This document shows, in pieces, positions 9,172 to 19,111 of a DNA stretch of 64,000 nt. The stretch lies in the NCBI GenBank assembly GCA_900299345.1, contig OMJM01000042.1, positions 6,298 through 70,297 on the forward strand. Reading direction: 5' to 3'. The notes beneath the pieces are model-generated. The model had not been told where the DNA came from, made no database searches, and saw only the letters and a list, made by a program, of their open reading frames with translations. Both the position numbers and the translations under genes were made by a program. This DNA comes from a bacterium (lineage in GTDB: Bacteria; Fibrobacterota; Fibrobacteria; UBA11236). Position 1 is the first letter of the stretch. Each line of letters opens with the position of its first letter.

Positions 9172-10044
9172 TTATTCCGCGCTGGCGTAAACACGCGCCG
9201 GGATCTTCAGATTTGCAATGCGTCCAAGCATTTCTTCAAGGAACGAAAGCTTCACTCCCGCAATCCGGGAATCCGCTGGTCGACGCGCCAAGGTGTACAA
9301 TTGCACTTCGAGAATCCTTGCACCACTTGCACGAAGCCGGGCCAGCCTGTTGAGATACGCGGCGATCTCCTCTTCGTCCCAACCTTTCCCCTCCATCGTG
9401 CAGAAGAAAGATTGGATCTTGAACGGCCAGTTCCGGCCGAGACCCACAAGATTAGACTCCACATGGTCCAGGGATACGCGACTCATATTGACCTGCTGAT
9501 ACCACGCTTCGGTACCGGCATCGAGTTTCGCCCAGACTTCGCCGTTTCGGGAAAGCAAAGCTTCGATTCCGGCCTGCACCTTGGACCGATCCAGCAAGGT
9601 TCCGTTGGTGATGAGCACCAGTTTGAACTCCAAGTCCGACCTGTGCAACTGGATTTCATGAAGTAAAGCGCAAACATCCGCAAACTCCGGAACCATGGTG
9701 GGCTCGCCGTCTCCCGAAAGCGCGATGTCCTGCAATTTCTTTTCAGCGTCAGGGACGGCCTCGAACATCGGCAGACGGCACACCCCCTGATCATCCACGG
9801 ATTCCAGCAATGCTTCGACTTCCTCACGGATGCGCGGCAAGTCCAGTACCTGCTTCCTACCCGGCGTGGTGCGATCCACCTGGCAATACGGGCAATCAAA
9901 ATTGCACAGCTTGTCCAGATTCAAGTTCACGCCAATCGACACGCCGCCGGAACGCCGCGAAAGCACCAGATAGGCATAGGTGAAATTCGCGTACTCACGG
10001 GGATGCAATCGGTGCAGTTGTGACTTGGAGGAAGCCATGGCCAT
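9172..10044 (-). CDS. Radical SAM protein (COG0731-like)
   Basis: SRRSGGVSIGVNL followed by CNFDCPYC, SGDGEPT, ITNGT, AKLDAG; ATG overlaps the lpxB stop (TGATG). Confidence 0.85.
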   Translation of the reverse strand: MAMASSKSQLHRLHPREYANFTYAYLVLSRRSGGVSIGVNLNLDKLCNFDCPYCQVDRTTPGRKQVLDLPRIREEVEALLESVDDQGVCRLPMFEAVPDAEKKLQDIALSGDGEPTMVPEFADVCALLHEIQLHRSDLEFKLVLITNGTLLDRSKVQAGIEALLSRNGEVWAKLDAGTEAWYQQVNMSRVSLDHVESNLVGLGRNWPFKIQSFFCTMEGKGWDEEEIAAYLNRLARLRASGARILEVQLYTLARRPADSRIAGVKLSFLEEMLGRIANLKIPARVYASAE

Positions 10045-11120
10045 CAAGTTAACAGTTCCACACACGCTTGAATCCCAACATCGACGCCATTCGATGGTCC
10101 CATTTTGACTTGAATGGCTACAAGATCTTGTTCTGAAACGACGGGCCACGCAGACAAAGACGGAGGATTGCGCTTAAAATCCTCTGCCGTGCCAATCCAT
10201 TCCGGAAAGACCTGTTTACCTAGCAAGAGATTTGGAAGCGCAACAAATTCATGCCGCAGTTTGCGTCGGCCCAGCATCAAGGTCAACGGATCCAGAATGG
10301 CCCAGACAACGGTGGGGATGCGTTGAAGGAACAACTCCAATGTCATCGTTCCCGGAAACGCAATGGCAGCCTTGGCGCGAGAAAATGCGACGGAGGGTTC
10401 TGTCAAGACGACGTAGCTTTGTTTTCTTCCTGTAGGTTGTCCCGCCAAGATTCTCTCTGCCAACTTTTTGAGATGTTCTGGAACCAAGACATCGATCTCC
10501 TCGGTAAGGCCGAGCTCCTTCAATCTGTTGAGCCACAGGGTAAGATTACGGCGGACAACACCGGCACGGCTCCCTGGACACAACAACAATCTTTTCCCAG
10601 AATGCGCGTGGGATACTGGTAAGTGATAAAAATGTCCGCTGCGCAATCGCGACGCCCATGGAGCATAAGACTCCATTTCGAAGGGAAAAAGCGTTTGCAA
10701 GGAAACTCCGCGAAGCTCCGTCCGCAAACGTTTTATTCTGCGTTGCGGGTTCCGGTAGGCCCAAAGTTGCGGTGGCGCAACATAGTGAACCTGACTGTGC
10801 AAGCAAACAGCCAAGCGCGCAAGCCCCACGTTCATACCGGGATAATCCACCAACAGCACCAGATCCGGTCGAAAGTCCCGCAATAATTTTCTGAACCGCG
10901 CATAGGCCCACACAAGAGAAAATCCTTTTCCCAGCACATCGCCCACGCCATTAACGGCCAATGTTGTGAAAGGAACTTCCGATTGTATTCCCTGAGCCTC
11001 GCACAGAGGGCCGCAATAGCCGCGAATCTCTGATTCAGGAAATCGATTTCGTAATTCGGACAGCAAGAGGGACAAGATCCGATCACCCGAAGGCTCCCCC
11101 GCCCCGACGAAAATTTTCAT
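10044..11120 (-). CDS. lpxB: Lipid-A-disaccharide synthase
   Basis: AGEPSGD, VDYPGMN, YVAPPQLWAYR, FPFE, PGSR, GTMTLE, LPNLL. Confidence 0.88.
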   Translation of the reverse strand: MKIFVGAGEPSGDRILSLLLSELRNRFPESEIRGYCGPLCEAQGIQSEVPFTTLAVNGVGDVLGKGFSLVWAYARFRKLLRDFRPDLVLLVDYPGMNVGLARLAVCLHSQVHYVAPPQLWAYRNPQRRIKRLRTELRGVSLQTLFPFEMESYAPWASRLRSGHFYHLPVSHAHSGKRLLLCPGSRAGVVRRNLTLWLNRLKELGLTEEIDVLVPEHLKKLAERILAGQPTGRKQSYVVLTEPSVAFSRAKAAIAFPGTMTLELFLQRIPTVVWAILDPLTLMLGRRKLRHEFVALPNLLLGKQVFPEWIGTAEDFKRNPPSLSAWPVVSEQDLVAIQVKMGPSNGVDVGIQACVELLT

Positions 11121-11803
11121 GGGATTGATTCGACGTCCAGTTCCAGCAGCGAATCAATCGTGACGTGAGACGATCCAGCTTCCGATAGTGCATCATGCGG
11201 ACGCACCCACACGGTGGTCCATCCATGTGCTTTCGCCTGGTCCAGATTGTCAAGCCGATCGTCGGCGAATATCAGTCGGGCATCGCCATGCTGATTGCGG
11301 ATATAATTCCCTGCTTTGATAAATGCCGCGGCGTTGGGTTTTCCGTACCATTCCATGAAACCGATGTCCAGAATACCATGCAATGACCCAACTGACGGCT
11401 CGTTTGCCCGAACATCCGGATGAAAATCGGAAAGCCCCATGGTGAGAAGACACCGATCTGCCCAATCGCGCCGTGCATTGGTGAACAGATAGGTGGGAAG
11501 ACGCATCACAGTCTTTGACAGCCACTCCCGCATACGGGGATCCGGAGGGGGCATCAACGTGTCCTCCAAATCCTGGATGAAATCGCAGTAGCGTTCGCGG
11601 TCCACACCATGCGCTATTTCCAACCCCTTCAAGGTCGTCCCATAGCGCTCGCAGAAATCCCGCCGCAAGGCATCGGCTTCGTTCGGCGGCAGGTTCAGGT
11701 GAACACGGATATATTCCGTGATCTTCGCATCCACCGCCGTCTGGGTGGGAACGGTGGACGGGTACAAGGTGTGGTCGAGATCGAGAAGTAGAACGCGGGA
11801 CAT
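11117..11803 (-). CDS. HAD-superfamily hydrolase (pyrimidine 5'-nucleotidase-like)
   Basis: LDLDHTLY, YGTTL.GL, FTNA, KP, FADDRLDNL. Confidence 0.85.
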   Translation of the reverse strand: MSRVLLLDLDHTLYPSTVPTQTAVDAKITEYIRVHLNLPPNEADALRRDFCERYGTTLKGLEIAHGVDRERYCDFIQDLEDTLMPPPDPRMREWLSKTVMRLPTYLFTNARRDWADRCLLTMGLSDFHPDVRANEPSVGSLHGILDIGFMEWYGKPNAAAFIKAGNYIRNQHGDARLIFADDRLDNLDQAKAHGWTTVWVRPHDALSEAGSSHVTIDSLLELDVESIP

Positions 11804-11827
11804 CGGCAAACAAATTCCAAAATAGGA

Positions 11828-12799
11828 ATGCATATTTCGCCCGTGCCCCTTCTGGAAGCCCGTGACCTCCGTATCCATATCCACACCGAAAGCGGACTTT
11901 CCCGCGCCGTGGACGGGGTAAGCTTCTCCATCCAGGCCGGTGAAGCGCTGGCCATCGTGGGCGAATCTGGATGCGGCAAAAGCCTCACGGCCATGGGCAT
12001 CATGGGATTACTCCCGCCCTCGGCATTTTACGCCGCAGGTTCGCTGCAATACGAAGGCCGCGATATTCTTGATCTCCCGGAGGCTAAAAGACGTGCCTTG
12101 CGTGGCCGCGAGATGGGAATGGTCTTTCAGGATCCCATGCAGTACCTGAATCCCGTTCTGACCTGCGGCAATCAGGTTGCCGAACCCCTGCGAGTACTGG
12201 ATGCACAATCCCATGGGCAAGCGCGGCAACGCGTGCTGGAACTGTTCCGCGAAGTCGGCCTTCCGGATCCGGAGCGCCAGATGGAACGTTACCCTCACGA
12301 ACTTTCCGGGGGTATGCGGCAGCGCGTTTTGATCGCCATGGCGCTTGCCTTGAAGCCGAAACTCCTCATTGCCGACGAACCCACCACGGCTCTTGATGCC
12401 ACAGTGCAAGCTCAAATTCTGCAACTGCTCCGCCGCTTGTCGAAGGAGCACCGCATGGCGTTGTTGATCATCACCCATGATCTGAACGCAGTGTCGCAGG
12501 TCGCGGATCGCGTGGCCGTCATGTACGCAGGGAAAATCGCGGAAATGCTTTCGGTACATCAACTTTTTGCGGGTCCGCGTCACCCTTATGCCCGTGCTTT
12601 GCTCGATTCCATGCCCGCACGGATTCCCGCCGATCAACCGTTGCGGGGCATTCCAGGTCAGGTACCGGATCCCCGCAATCCGCCACAAGGCTGCCGATTC
12701 CACCCCCGCTGTTCGAGGGCATTGGAATCCTGTTCCCGGCTGGAGCCCGTATTCACCGACGACGTGGCCTGTCACAATCCCTGGCCGGTGTCCGTATGA
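11828..12799 (+). CDS. Oligo/dipeptide ABC transporter ATP-binding subunit (OppD/DppD-like)
   Basis: GESGCGKS, YPHELSGGMRQR, DEPTTALD, HPY, GCRFHPRC. Confidence 0.92.
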   Translation: MHISPVPLLEARDLRIHIHTESGLSRAVDGVSFSIQAGEALAIVGESGCGKSLTAMGIMGLLPPSAFYAAGSLQYEGRDILDLPEAKRRALRGREMGMVFQDPMQYLNPVLTCGNQVAEPLRVLDAQSHGQARQRVLELFREVGLPDPERQMERYPHELSGGMRQRVLIAMALALKPKLLIADEPTTALDATVQAQILQLLRRLSKEHRMALLIITHDLNAVSQVADRVAVMYAGKIAEMLSVHQLFAGPRHPYARALLDSMPARIPADQPLRGIPGQVPDPRNPPQGCRFHPRCSRALESCSRLEPVFTDDVACHNPWPVSV

Positions 12800-13770
12800 T
12801 CGTCCCCCAACGGAATACTCCCCTGCTCACTGCACAGGGAATCAAGGTCCATTTTCCGATCAAGTCGGGATTCTTACGGCGTGTCACGGGATCGGTTAAA
12901 GCCGTCGATGGAATCGATCTCACCGTAAATCCAGGAGAAACCCTCGCCATTGTTGGAGAGTCTGGATCCGGTAAAAGCACGTTGGGACGGGCATTGCTTC
13001 GTCTCGGACCGATGACCGAAGGAACGCTGCGCTGGGACAGCACAATGGATCTTCTCGCCATGGATGCCGATGTATTGAGAAACTTCCGCCGGAATATGCA
13101 GATGGTTTTTCAAGATCCCCACGCCTCCTTGAATCCACGTCATACGGCCGGATTCCTGCTTGCAGAACCTTTGCGCATTCATGCATTGGCTTCGGGGAAG
13201 GAACTCGACGATCGGGTGGATGCATTGCTCAAATCCGTTGGGCTTTCACCGACGGATAAGTCGAAATACCCGCATCAGTTTTCGGGCGGCCAGAAGCAAC
13301 GTCTGGCCATCGCCCGCGCCCTGGCCGTAGAGCCGAGGCTGGTAGTGGCGGACGAACCCGTTTCCGCACTGGACATGTCGGTACAAGCTCAGGTGCTGGG
13401 ATTGCTCGAAGAGCTGAAACAAAATCTCGGACTGACCTACATCTTCATTTCCCATGACCTTGGAGTGGTGCGCCGTGTTTCAGATCGGGTACTGGTCATG
13501 TACTTGGGTCATGTGGTCGAAGAGGCGGATACCCATTCCCTATTCCAGAATCCCGTGCACCCTTACACACAGGCCTTGATCAAGGCATCCACGGCGGGCT
13601 CCGGTGAGACAAATCCACCCCTTACCGGAGAAATCCCAAGTCCGTCAAATCCACCTCCAGGCTGCCCCTTTCAAACCCGTTGTCCGAAGGTCATGGAAAA
13701 GTGCCGCCGGGAATATCCGAGTTGGACCCCCAGAGACGGGGGGCGGGTAGCCTGCTGGCTCAATCCTTAG
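12796..13770 (+). CDS. Oligo/dipeptide ABC transporter ATP-binding subunit (OppF/DppF-like)
   Basis: GESGSGKS, YPHQFSGGQKQR, DEPVSALD, HPYT, GCPFQTRC; ATGA overlap. Confidence 0.92.
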   Translation: MIVPQRNTPLLTAQGIKVHFPIKSGFLRRVTGSVKAVDGIDLTVNPGETLAIVGESGSGKSTLGRALLRLGPMTEGTLRWDSTMDLLAMDADVLRNFRRNMQMVFQDPHASLNPRHTAGFLLAEPLRIHALASGKELDDRVDALLKSVGLSPTDKSKYPHQFSGGQKQRLAIARALAVEPRLVVADEPVSALDMSVQAQVLGLLEELKQNLGLTYIFISHDLGVVRRVSDRVLVMYLGHVVEEADTHSLFQNPVHPYTQALIKASTAGSGETNPPLTGEIPSPSNPPPGCPFQTRCPKVMEKCRREYPSWTPRDGGRVACWLNP

Positions 13771-13862
13771 GTGTTACCGGTTTTGAATCTCTCTTTCCAA
13801 TTTTGACCAATTTTCAGATACTATCATAAGCCAAGCTCTGTAACAGGGCTTATTTTAGCGAA

Positions 13863-15929
13863 ATGACCCATATGCGCCATCTTTCTCCGAGAAATCGATT
13901 TCTGGGAATTGCCATCCTAGCGCTTAGCGCTTTAGGACATGTTACAGTTGCACAGACCACCAAACGCTGCGATCTGTTATTGAATAATACTTCGGCCAGT
14001 CCAAGTTGCTTTGATCTCAAAGTGGATTCGGCCAGCGGCGGCCCGGTCATTCAAACAGCCTCCAACGCCACCCGTATTTCCAGTACCGGGCTGACATTCT
14101 GCAAAAATGCGTTTCAGGTGACGACCTCGGGTGAAGCAGACATCGTGTTCCTCATGGACAACACGGGCAGCATGCAGTACGGTGACCCCCATTTTTGCAG
14201 CTATCCGGGTGATCCCACGTTCTCCCGAGACGATGTCGTGAAACGCGGAATGGATTTGGAACGCTCTTTGGCCGTCCAGGCCACCGCAGGATTCATCTCC
14301 TTCAATGGCCCCGACAGTAGCGGCATCCAAACAAAACGAAAACAATCCCTCTTGGATATCAGTCAGGCACCGACCAATCCTGCCCTCAATGCAATCCATC
14401 TGGCCAATCTGGACACTTTGAAAAAAAAGGTCATTGCGGATTCAGGATTTAGAAACGTCGACACGTGTAACCGCTCTTATCCCATCAATACGGATTGGTA
14501 TCCCTCTTTCAGCCTTGCACTTTCCTGGTTGACGGACACTTCCCTTTCTTCCAGCCCAAATCAAGCCATCGTTCTCATTTCTGATGGCGCCGTGAGCGAT
14601 TACGCCAAGGTCAAGGCGCTGGTGGGCAAGCTGCCGCCCGTTTATGGAATTCACCTGGGACGCACGCTGGATAACCAGGGATTTCCGGATCAGGCATCCA
14701 ACCAGCTTCAGGAGCTGACGCAACTTACAGGGGGCCAATTCTACCGCATCACTCCCACCGATACTCTGGCGTTACGGCTCGCCATGGAGGAAATCATCTC
14801 CAAATTGGTGACGCGTGCAGTGCCACCCTCGGGATTGCTCATCCGCAACTCTACCACGGGTCAATCCAGCCATAACGTAGCCATGACCACCGCCTCGAAC
14901 GGGGACGTGAGTGTGACGCTTGATAGCGTGCTCACCTTGAACCAGGGAAACACTGCAAACCGGTTTGACGCCATGATTACCGTGGGAAATAAAGTCATCA
15001 CCTATCCCTTGCGTGTATTAGCCAACAGCGCGAATGCCACCTCAGGCTCCTCGGGACTGGCCTGCTACGATCCCGCCTCATTGGCCATGCTTAACACAAA
15101 CGATCAACAGGTGAACTCCTATGTGACCGCGGCCGCTTCCTACAAACTCCGGTTGAATCGATCCCCTGCTGAACTGACCACGGTCACGGCACGTGCCACC
15201 TCGGTGGACACCTTCCAAGTTTCCGGTTGGGGAGATGCTGAAAACATCACATTGCCACTGGCCAGCTCGTCAACTTCTTCTGCGCTTAACCAAAGCAATG
15301 CATTTCCTTTCAACGGAGCTTCCCCCAGTCCGACACCCGGTAACGGCACATTGGAATCCAATGCCAGTGGCAAAGTCGTTTTTCGCTGGTCTCATCCACG
15401 CGATCCCAAGGATAGCGCTCATCTCGAACTCGGCTCCGTCCCTGCGGCATTGGGACTGAAGCGCCTGACCGATGTGGTCAAAGGGGTTCCCATCCCGCCG
15501 AATTTCCCGGCCAACGCCAACCCCGCCGTGCTTCGTGACGGGAGTTCGTTGGGAGCTTGCATTTCCGCTTCCAACTGTCAAAGCGCGGCAGATAATATCA
15601 CACGTGGACTGAATCCTGACAGGGTGCCGAATTTCGAATTACGTACGGATGCCCCGTTCCGTTTCACAGTCTATCTGTACGACAATCTTGGACGTTTCGT
15701 AAACCAAGCCACGGATTCGGTTTCGTCTGCCAAGTGGCAGAAGCTTCACAAGGATCCTTCCGGGTCTGCAACGATTGTGTTGAGCTTGGCACCCGTTGCC
15801 AAGAGCGGTCAGCAGTTAGGTACGGGAGTTTACCTGATGCAAGCGACAGTGACCACAGCTTCCCCCTCCGGGTCGGGAGGGGTGTCGCAGAAGTTCAAGC
15901 CCGTGCAGTTCGGCTACATACGGCCATAA
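13863..15929 (+). CDS. Secreted vWA-domain protein with Fibrobacterota-type C-terminal sorting domain
   Basis: Signal ...VTVA|QTT; DIVFLMDNTGSM (MIDAS) and IVLISDG; tail YLYDNLGRFV...GTGVYL...FGYIRP. Confidence 0.75.
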   Translation: MTHMRHLSPRNRFLGIAILALSALGHVTVAQTTKRCDLLLNNTSASPSCFDLKVDSASGGPVIQTASNATRISSTGLTFCKNAFQVTTSGEADIVFLMDNTGSMQYGDPHFCSYPGDPTFSRDDVVKRGMDLERSLAVQATAGFISFNGPDSSGIQTKRKQSLLDISQAPTNPALNAIHLANLDTLKKKVIADSGFRNVDTCNRSYPINTDWYPSFSLALSWLTDTSLSSSPNQAIVLISDGAVSDYAKVKALVGKLPPVYGIHLGRTLDNQGFPDQASNQLQELTQLTGGQFYRITPTDTLALRLAMEEIISKLVTRAVPPSGLLIRNSTTGQSSHNVAMTTASNGDVSVTLDSVLTLNQGNTANRFDAMITVGNKVITYPLRVLANSANATSGSSGLACYDPASLAMLNTNDQQVNSYVTAAASYKLRLNRSPAELTTVTARATSVDTFQVSGWGDAENITLPLASSSTSSALNQSNAFPFNGASPSPTPGNGTLESNASGKVVFRWSHPRDPKDSAHLELGSVPAALGLKRLTDVVKGVPIPPNFPANANPAVLRDGSSLGACISASNCQSAADNITRGLNPDRVPNFELRTDAPFRFTVYLYDNLGRFVNQATDSVSSAKWQKLHKDPSGSATIVLSLAPVAKSGQQLGTGVYLMQATVTTASPSGSGGVSQKFKPVQFGYIRP

Positions 15930-15938
15930 GCTGCAATT

Positions 15939-18900
15939 TTATACAGCCGTTTTGCCGGGGAACCGTGCCTTGATCCGTTCCCACGCGTAATACAGCGTCG
16001 GAACCACCACCAGCGTCAGCACGGTGTTGAAGAACAGGCCCCAGAAAATGGCCCATGCCATCGGCGTCCACCACAGGGAGCTCTCCGATTTCATGATGGG
16101 ATGCAGATGGAAAAAGTCGAACCCCTTGCCCGTGGCCATCGGAACCAATCCGATCATGGCCGTGACCGCCGTGAGCAGCACGGGGCGCAGACGTGTGGCG
16201 CCACCTTCGATCACCGACTCACGCAACGGCATGCCGCTGCGGCGCAGGTGATTGATGAAGTCGATCAGCACGATGCCGTTCTTTGACACCACGCCCGCCA
16301 GGGCAATGATGCCGATGCCCGTCATCAGAATCGAGAATTGGACATGCATGAAGAGTAGCCCCCAGAACACGCCGCCCAGCGACAGCAGAATGCTGATGAA
16401 CACCAGGAACGGCTGTGCCAGTGAATTGAACTGGGCCACCATGGTCAGCACCACCAGCGCCACGGCGATGAAGAATGCGCGAATCAAAAATGCCTGCGAT
16501 TCCTCCTGATCCTTGTTGCTGCTGCCGGTTTCCAACGTGTACCCCGGAGGCAACACCATGTCTTTCACCGCCGCCAAGGCGGCGGACTTGGGCTTGGATT
16601 CATCCTTCGTTCCCGGACTGAGTTCGGCCCAAACCTGAATGGTGCGCTTGCCGTCGAGACGGCGAATGCTCGCAAGGCTGGCTTTCTGTGTCACACGGGC
16701 CACAGAGGTCAGCGGAATCTGCGCTCCCTCGTGCGGAATGGTGATTTGATTGACGCCGGAAAATTCCTCACGCGTGGCGGGATTGAGCCGCACCATCACA
16801 TCGTCCTCATCCTTGCCCACACGGAACTTGCCCGCCTCATAGCCGTGAATGGCGCCACGCACGGCCATGGCCACGTCGCTGGTGCTGACGCCGAAACGCT
16901 GCGCCTGTTCGCGATCGACTTCGACGGAAAGTTCGGGACGCACGGGATCATAGTCCCAGTTGATGTTGACAAGTCCCGGTACCGTGGCCAGACGCGCTTT
17001 GACGGTATCTGCGATGTCCGCGAGACGATCAAAATTTTCTCCGGAAACCTCGAAGGACACGGGATAGCCCTGCGGAGGACCGTCCTGCTGCTTTTTGATT
17101 GCGACCTTCCAGCCCGGCAGCACCTGAGGCACGTGGTTCTGCATCCACTGCATGGATTTCCACGAGTCCACCTTGCGGTGATCGTAGTCCACGAAACTGA
17201 TGTCCACATAACCGTAATGAGACTCGGGACGGCGATCTCCCCCGCCCATATCGATCTTGTTGAAGCCCACCACGGCGGAAAAATTCTCGATGTCCGAACT
17301 GTCCTTCGGAATCTCAAACAGGCGTTTCTCGACGACCTTTAAGGCCGAATCCGTGGAGTTGACGTCGATGCCCAGCGGTCCCGTAATTTCCGCCGCAACC
17401 ACCTGTGGTTCGATGTTGGGAAAGAACGCCGCGCCGGTTCCGAGCACTCCATAGGCGATCATTCCACCCACCACGAAGAAGAAGCAGAACAGCAGTACAA
17501 GGAACGGATGATCCACCACACGCAGCAAAAAGGAGCGGTACATGTTGCGGAAGCGATCGAACCAATCTCCATCCTGCTCCTCCATGCGCTTGTTCTTGCT
17601 CGTCATGAACAGCGAGGCGAACACAGGATTGAATACGAAGGCCACGAACAGGGAGCCTGTCAGCATCACCGACACGGTGATGGGAAGAAATTTCATGAAC
17701 TGGCCCATGAAGCCGGGCATGAAAACGATGGGCATGAAGGCCGCCACCGTGGTGAGCGTGGCCGTGGTCACAGGAATGGCGACTTCCTTGGTGCCATCTA
17801 TGGCCGCTGCAACGCGGCTCTTTCCCATCTGCAAATGACGGTAGATGTTCTCCACCACCACGATGCCGTCGTCCACGAGCATGCCCAGGGCAATGACCGA
17901 GGAGAACAGCACCACCATGTTGAGGGTGATGCCCATGGCGCTCAGCACCAGCGCGCCCATCATCATGCTGAAGGGAATGGCCGTGCTGATGAAAATACTG
18001 TTGCGCAAGCCGAGGAAGAATGAGATCAGCCCGATCACCAGCAACAGACCAAGTACGATGTGATCCTGCAATTCATTGACCATTCGGCGAATCTGGACGC
18101 TTTGGTCGAAGGTGTACGAAACCTCCGTGCCGCGCGGCCAGTTGGGACGCGTTTCCTCCACCACCTTCTTGGCTTCATCCACCAGGTTGATGATGTTCGC
18201 TCCGGTGCGCTTGGTCACGGTGATGGCGAGGGAGTTCTTGCCGTTGAGGCGGAACATGGTGGCACGATCCCGCTGATATTGATAGGAGACCTGTGCCACG
18301 TCGCGCATGCGCACCAACGCACCGTCCTGTGCACGGACGACGAGGTCGGCGAATGCCTCGGGGGATGTGAGTTCACCCGTGAGCTGGACCGAAAACCGGT
18401 TGCCACCGGCCAGCAAGGTTCCACCGGGAATGTTGCGGTGCTGTGTCTGAACCGCTTTGACCAAATCATTCAAAGAAAGTCCGTACTGGCGCAGTTTGGA
18501 GGGATCCGCGTCAATGGCCACTTCCTTGGTCTGCTTGCCGGTGACGCTCGCCTCGAGCACACCGGGAATGTTGGTGATGCGATCCTTGAGCGTCTGCGCC
18601 AGCTGTTCCAGCCGCTCGTTTTCGTAATCCGAAGAAAGCGAAATGACGAAGATGGGGATGTTGGAAAAGTTCAACTCCTGAACGACGGGTTCCTTGGCGT
18701 CCTCCGGAAAGTCCGGCTTGGCCTCATCCACCTTGTCCTTGACGCGGCGCAATGCGGTCTCGACCTCGACGTCGGCGTTGAACTCCACCTGCACCGTCGA
18801 ATAACCTTCACCCGAAGTGGAACTGACCTTTTTGAGTCCGTCCACACCTTCCAGCTTGTCTTCAATCTTTTCGGTGACCAGTTTTTCCATGTCCTCGGGC

Positions 18901-19058
18901 GACGCGCCCGGATAGACCACGGTCACGAAGATCAGCGGAATCTTGATTTCGGGAAATGATTCGCGCGGCATGCGCAGGTAGGCGCTGAGCCCTGCCAGAA
19001 TCAGAATGACCGCAAGCACCAGTACGGTGACGGGATTTTTAACGGCGAATTTTGTCAT
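15939..19058 (-). CDS. RND efflux permease (AcrB/AcrD/AcrF family)
   Basis: 1039 aa; YPGASPEDME, GMLVDDGIVVVENIY, KNGIVLIDF, RLRPVLLT. Confidence 0.95.
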   Translation of the reverse strand: MTKFAVKNPVTVLVLAVILILAGLSAYLRMPRESFPEIKIPLIFVTVVYPGASPEDMEKLVTEKIEDKLEGVDGLKKVSSTSGEGYSTVQVEFNADVEVETALRRVKDKVDEAKPDFPEDAKEPVVQELNFSNIPIFVISLSSDYENERLEQLAQTLKDRITNIPGVLEASVTGKQTKEVAIDADPSKLRQYGLSLNDLVKAVQTQHRNIPGGTLLAGGNRFSVQLTGELTSPEAFADLVVRAQDGALVRMRDVAQVSYQYQRDRATMFRLNGKNSLAITVTKRTGANIINLVDEAKKVVEETRPNWPRGTEVSYTFDQSVQIRRMVNELQDHIVLGLLLVIGLISFFLGLRNSIFISTAIPFSMMMGALVLSAMGITLNMVVLFSSVIALGMLVDDGIVVVENIYRHLQMGKSRVAAAIDGTKEVAIPVTTATLTTVAAFMPIVFMPGFMGQFMKFLPITVSVMLTGSLFVAFVFNPVFASLFMTSKNKRMEEQDGDWFDRFRNMYRSFLLRVVDHPFLVLLFCFFFVVGGMIAYGVLGTGAAFFPNIEPQVVAAEITGPLGIDVNSTDSALKVVEKRLFEIPKDSSDIENFSAVVGFNKIDMGGGDRRPESHYGYVDISFVDYDHRKVDSWKSMQWMQNHVPQVLPGWKVAIKKQQDGPPQGYPVSFEVSGENFDRLADIADTVKARLATVPGLVNINWDYDPVRPELSVEVDREQAQRFGVSTSDVAMAVRGAIHGYEAGKFRVGKDEDDVMVRLNPATREEFSGVNQITIPHEGAQIPLTSVARVTQKASLASIRRLDGKRTIQVWAELSPGTKDESKPKSAALAAVKDMVLPPGYTLETGSSNKDQEESQAFLIRAFFIAVALVVLTMVAQFNSLAQPFLVFISILLSLGGVFWGLLFMHVQFSILMTGIGIIALAGVVSKNGIVLIDFINHLRRSGMPLRESVIEGGATRLRPVLLTAVTAMIGLVPMATGKGFDFFHLHPIMKSESSLWWTPMAWAIFWGLFFNTVLTLVVVPTLYYAWERIKARFPGKTAV

Positions 19059-19111
19059 GTCAGCTGCCCCTGATGCCTAATTGAAAAGCGTGAAAAGCCG
19101 TTCACCCTGTT

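Noticed and set aside
11828-13770. Orphan peptide ABC ATPases as a novel system
   Set aside because: Split opp/dpp loci are common; permeases are probably elsewhere
13797-13856. CCAATTTT direct repeat (10-bp period) and weak hairpin AAGCTCTG-TAA-CAGGGCTT before the vWA gene
   Set aside because: Short enough to arise by chance; cannot separate operator from terminator without comparative data
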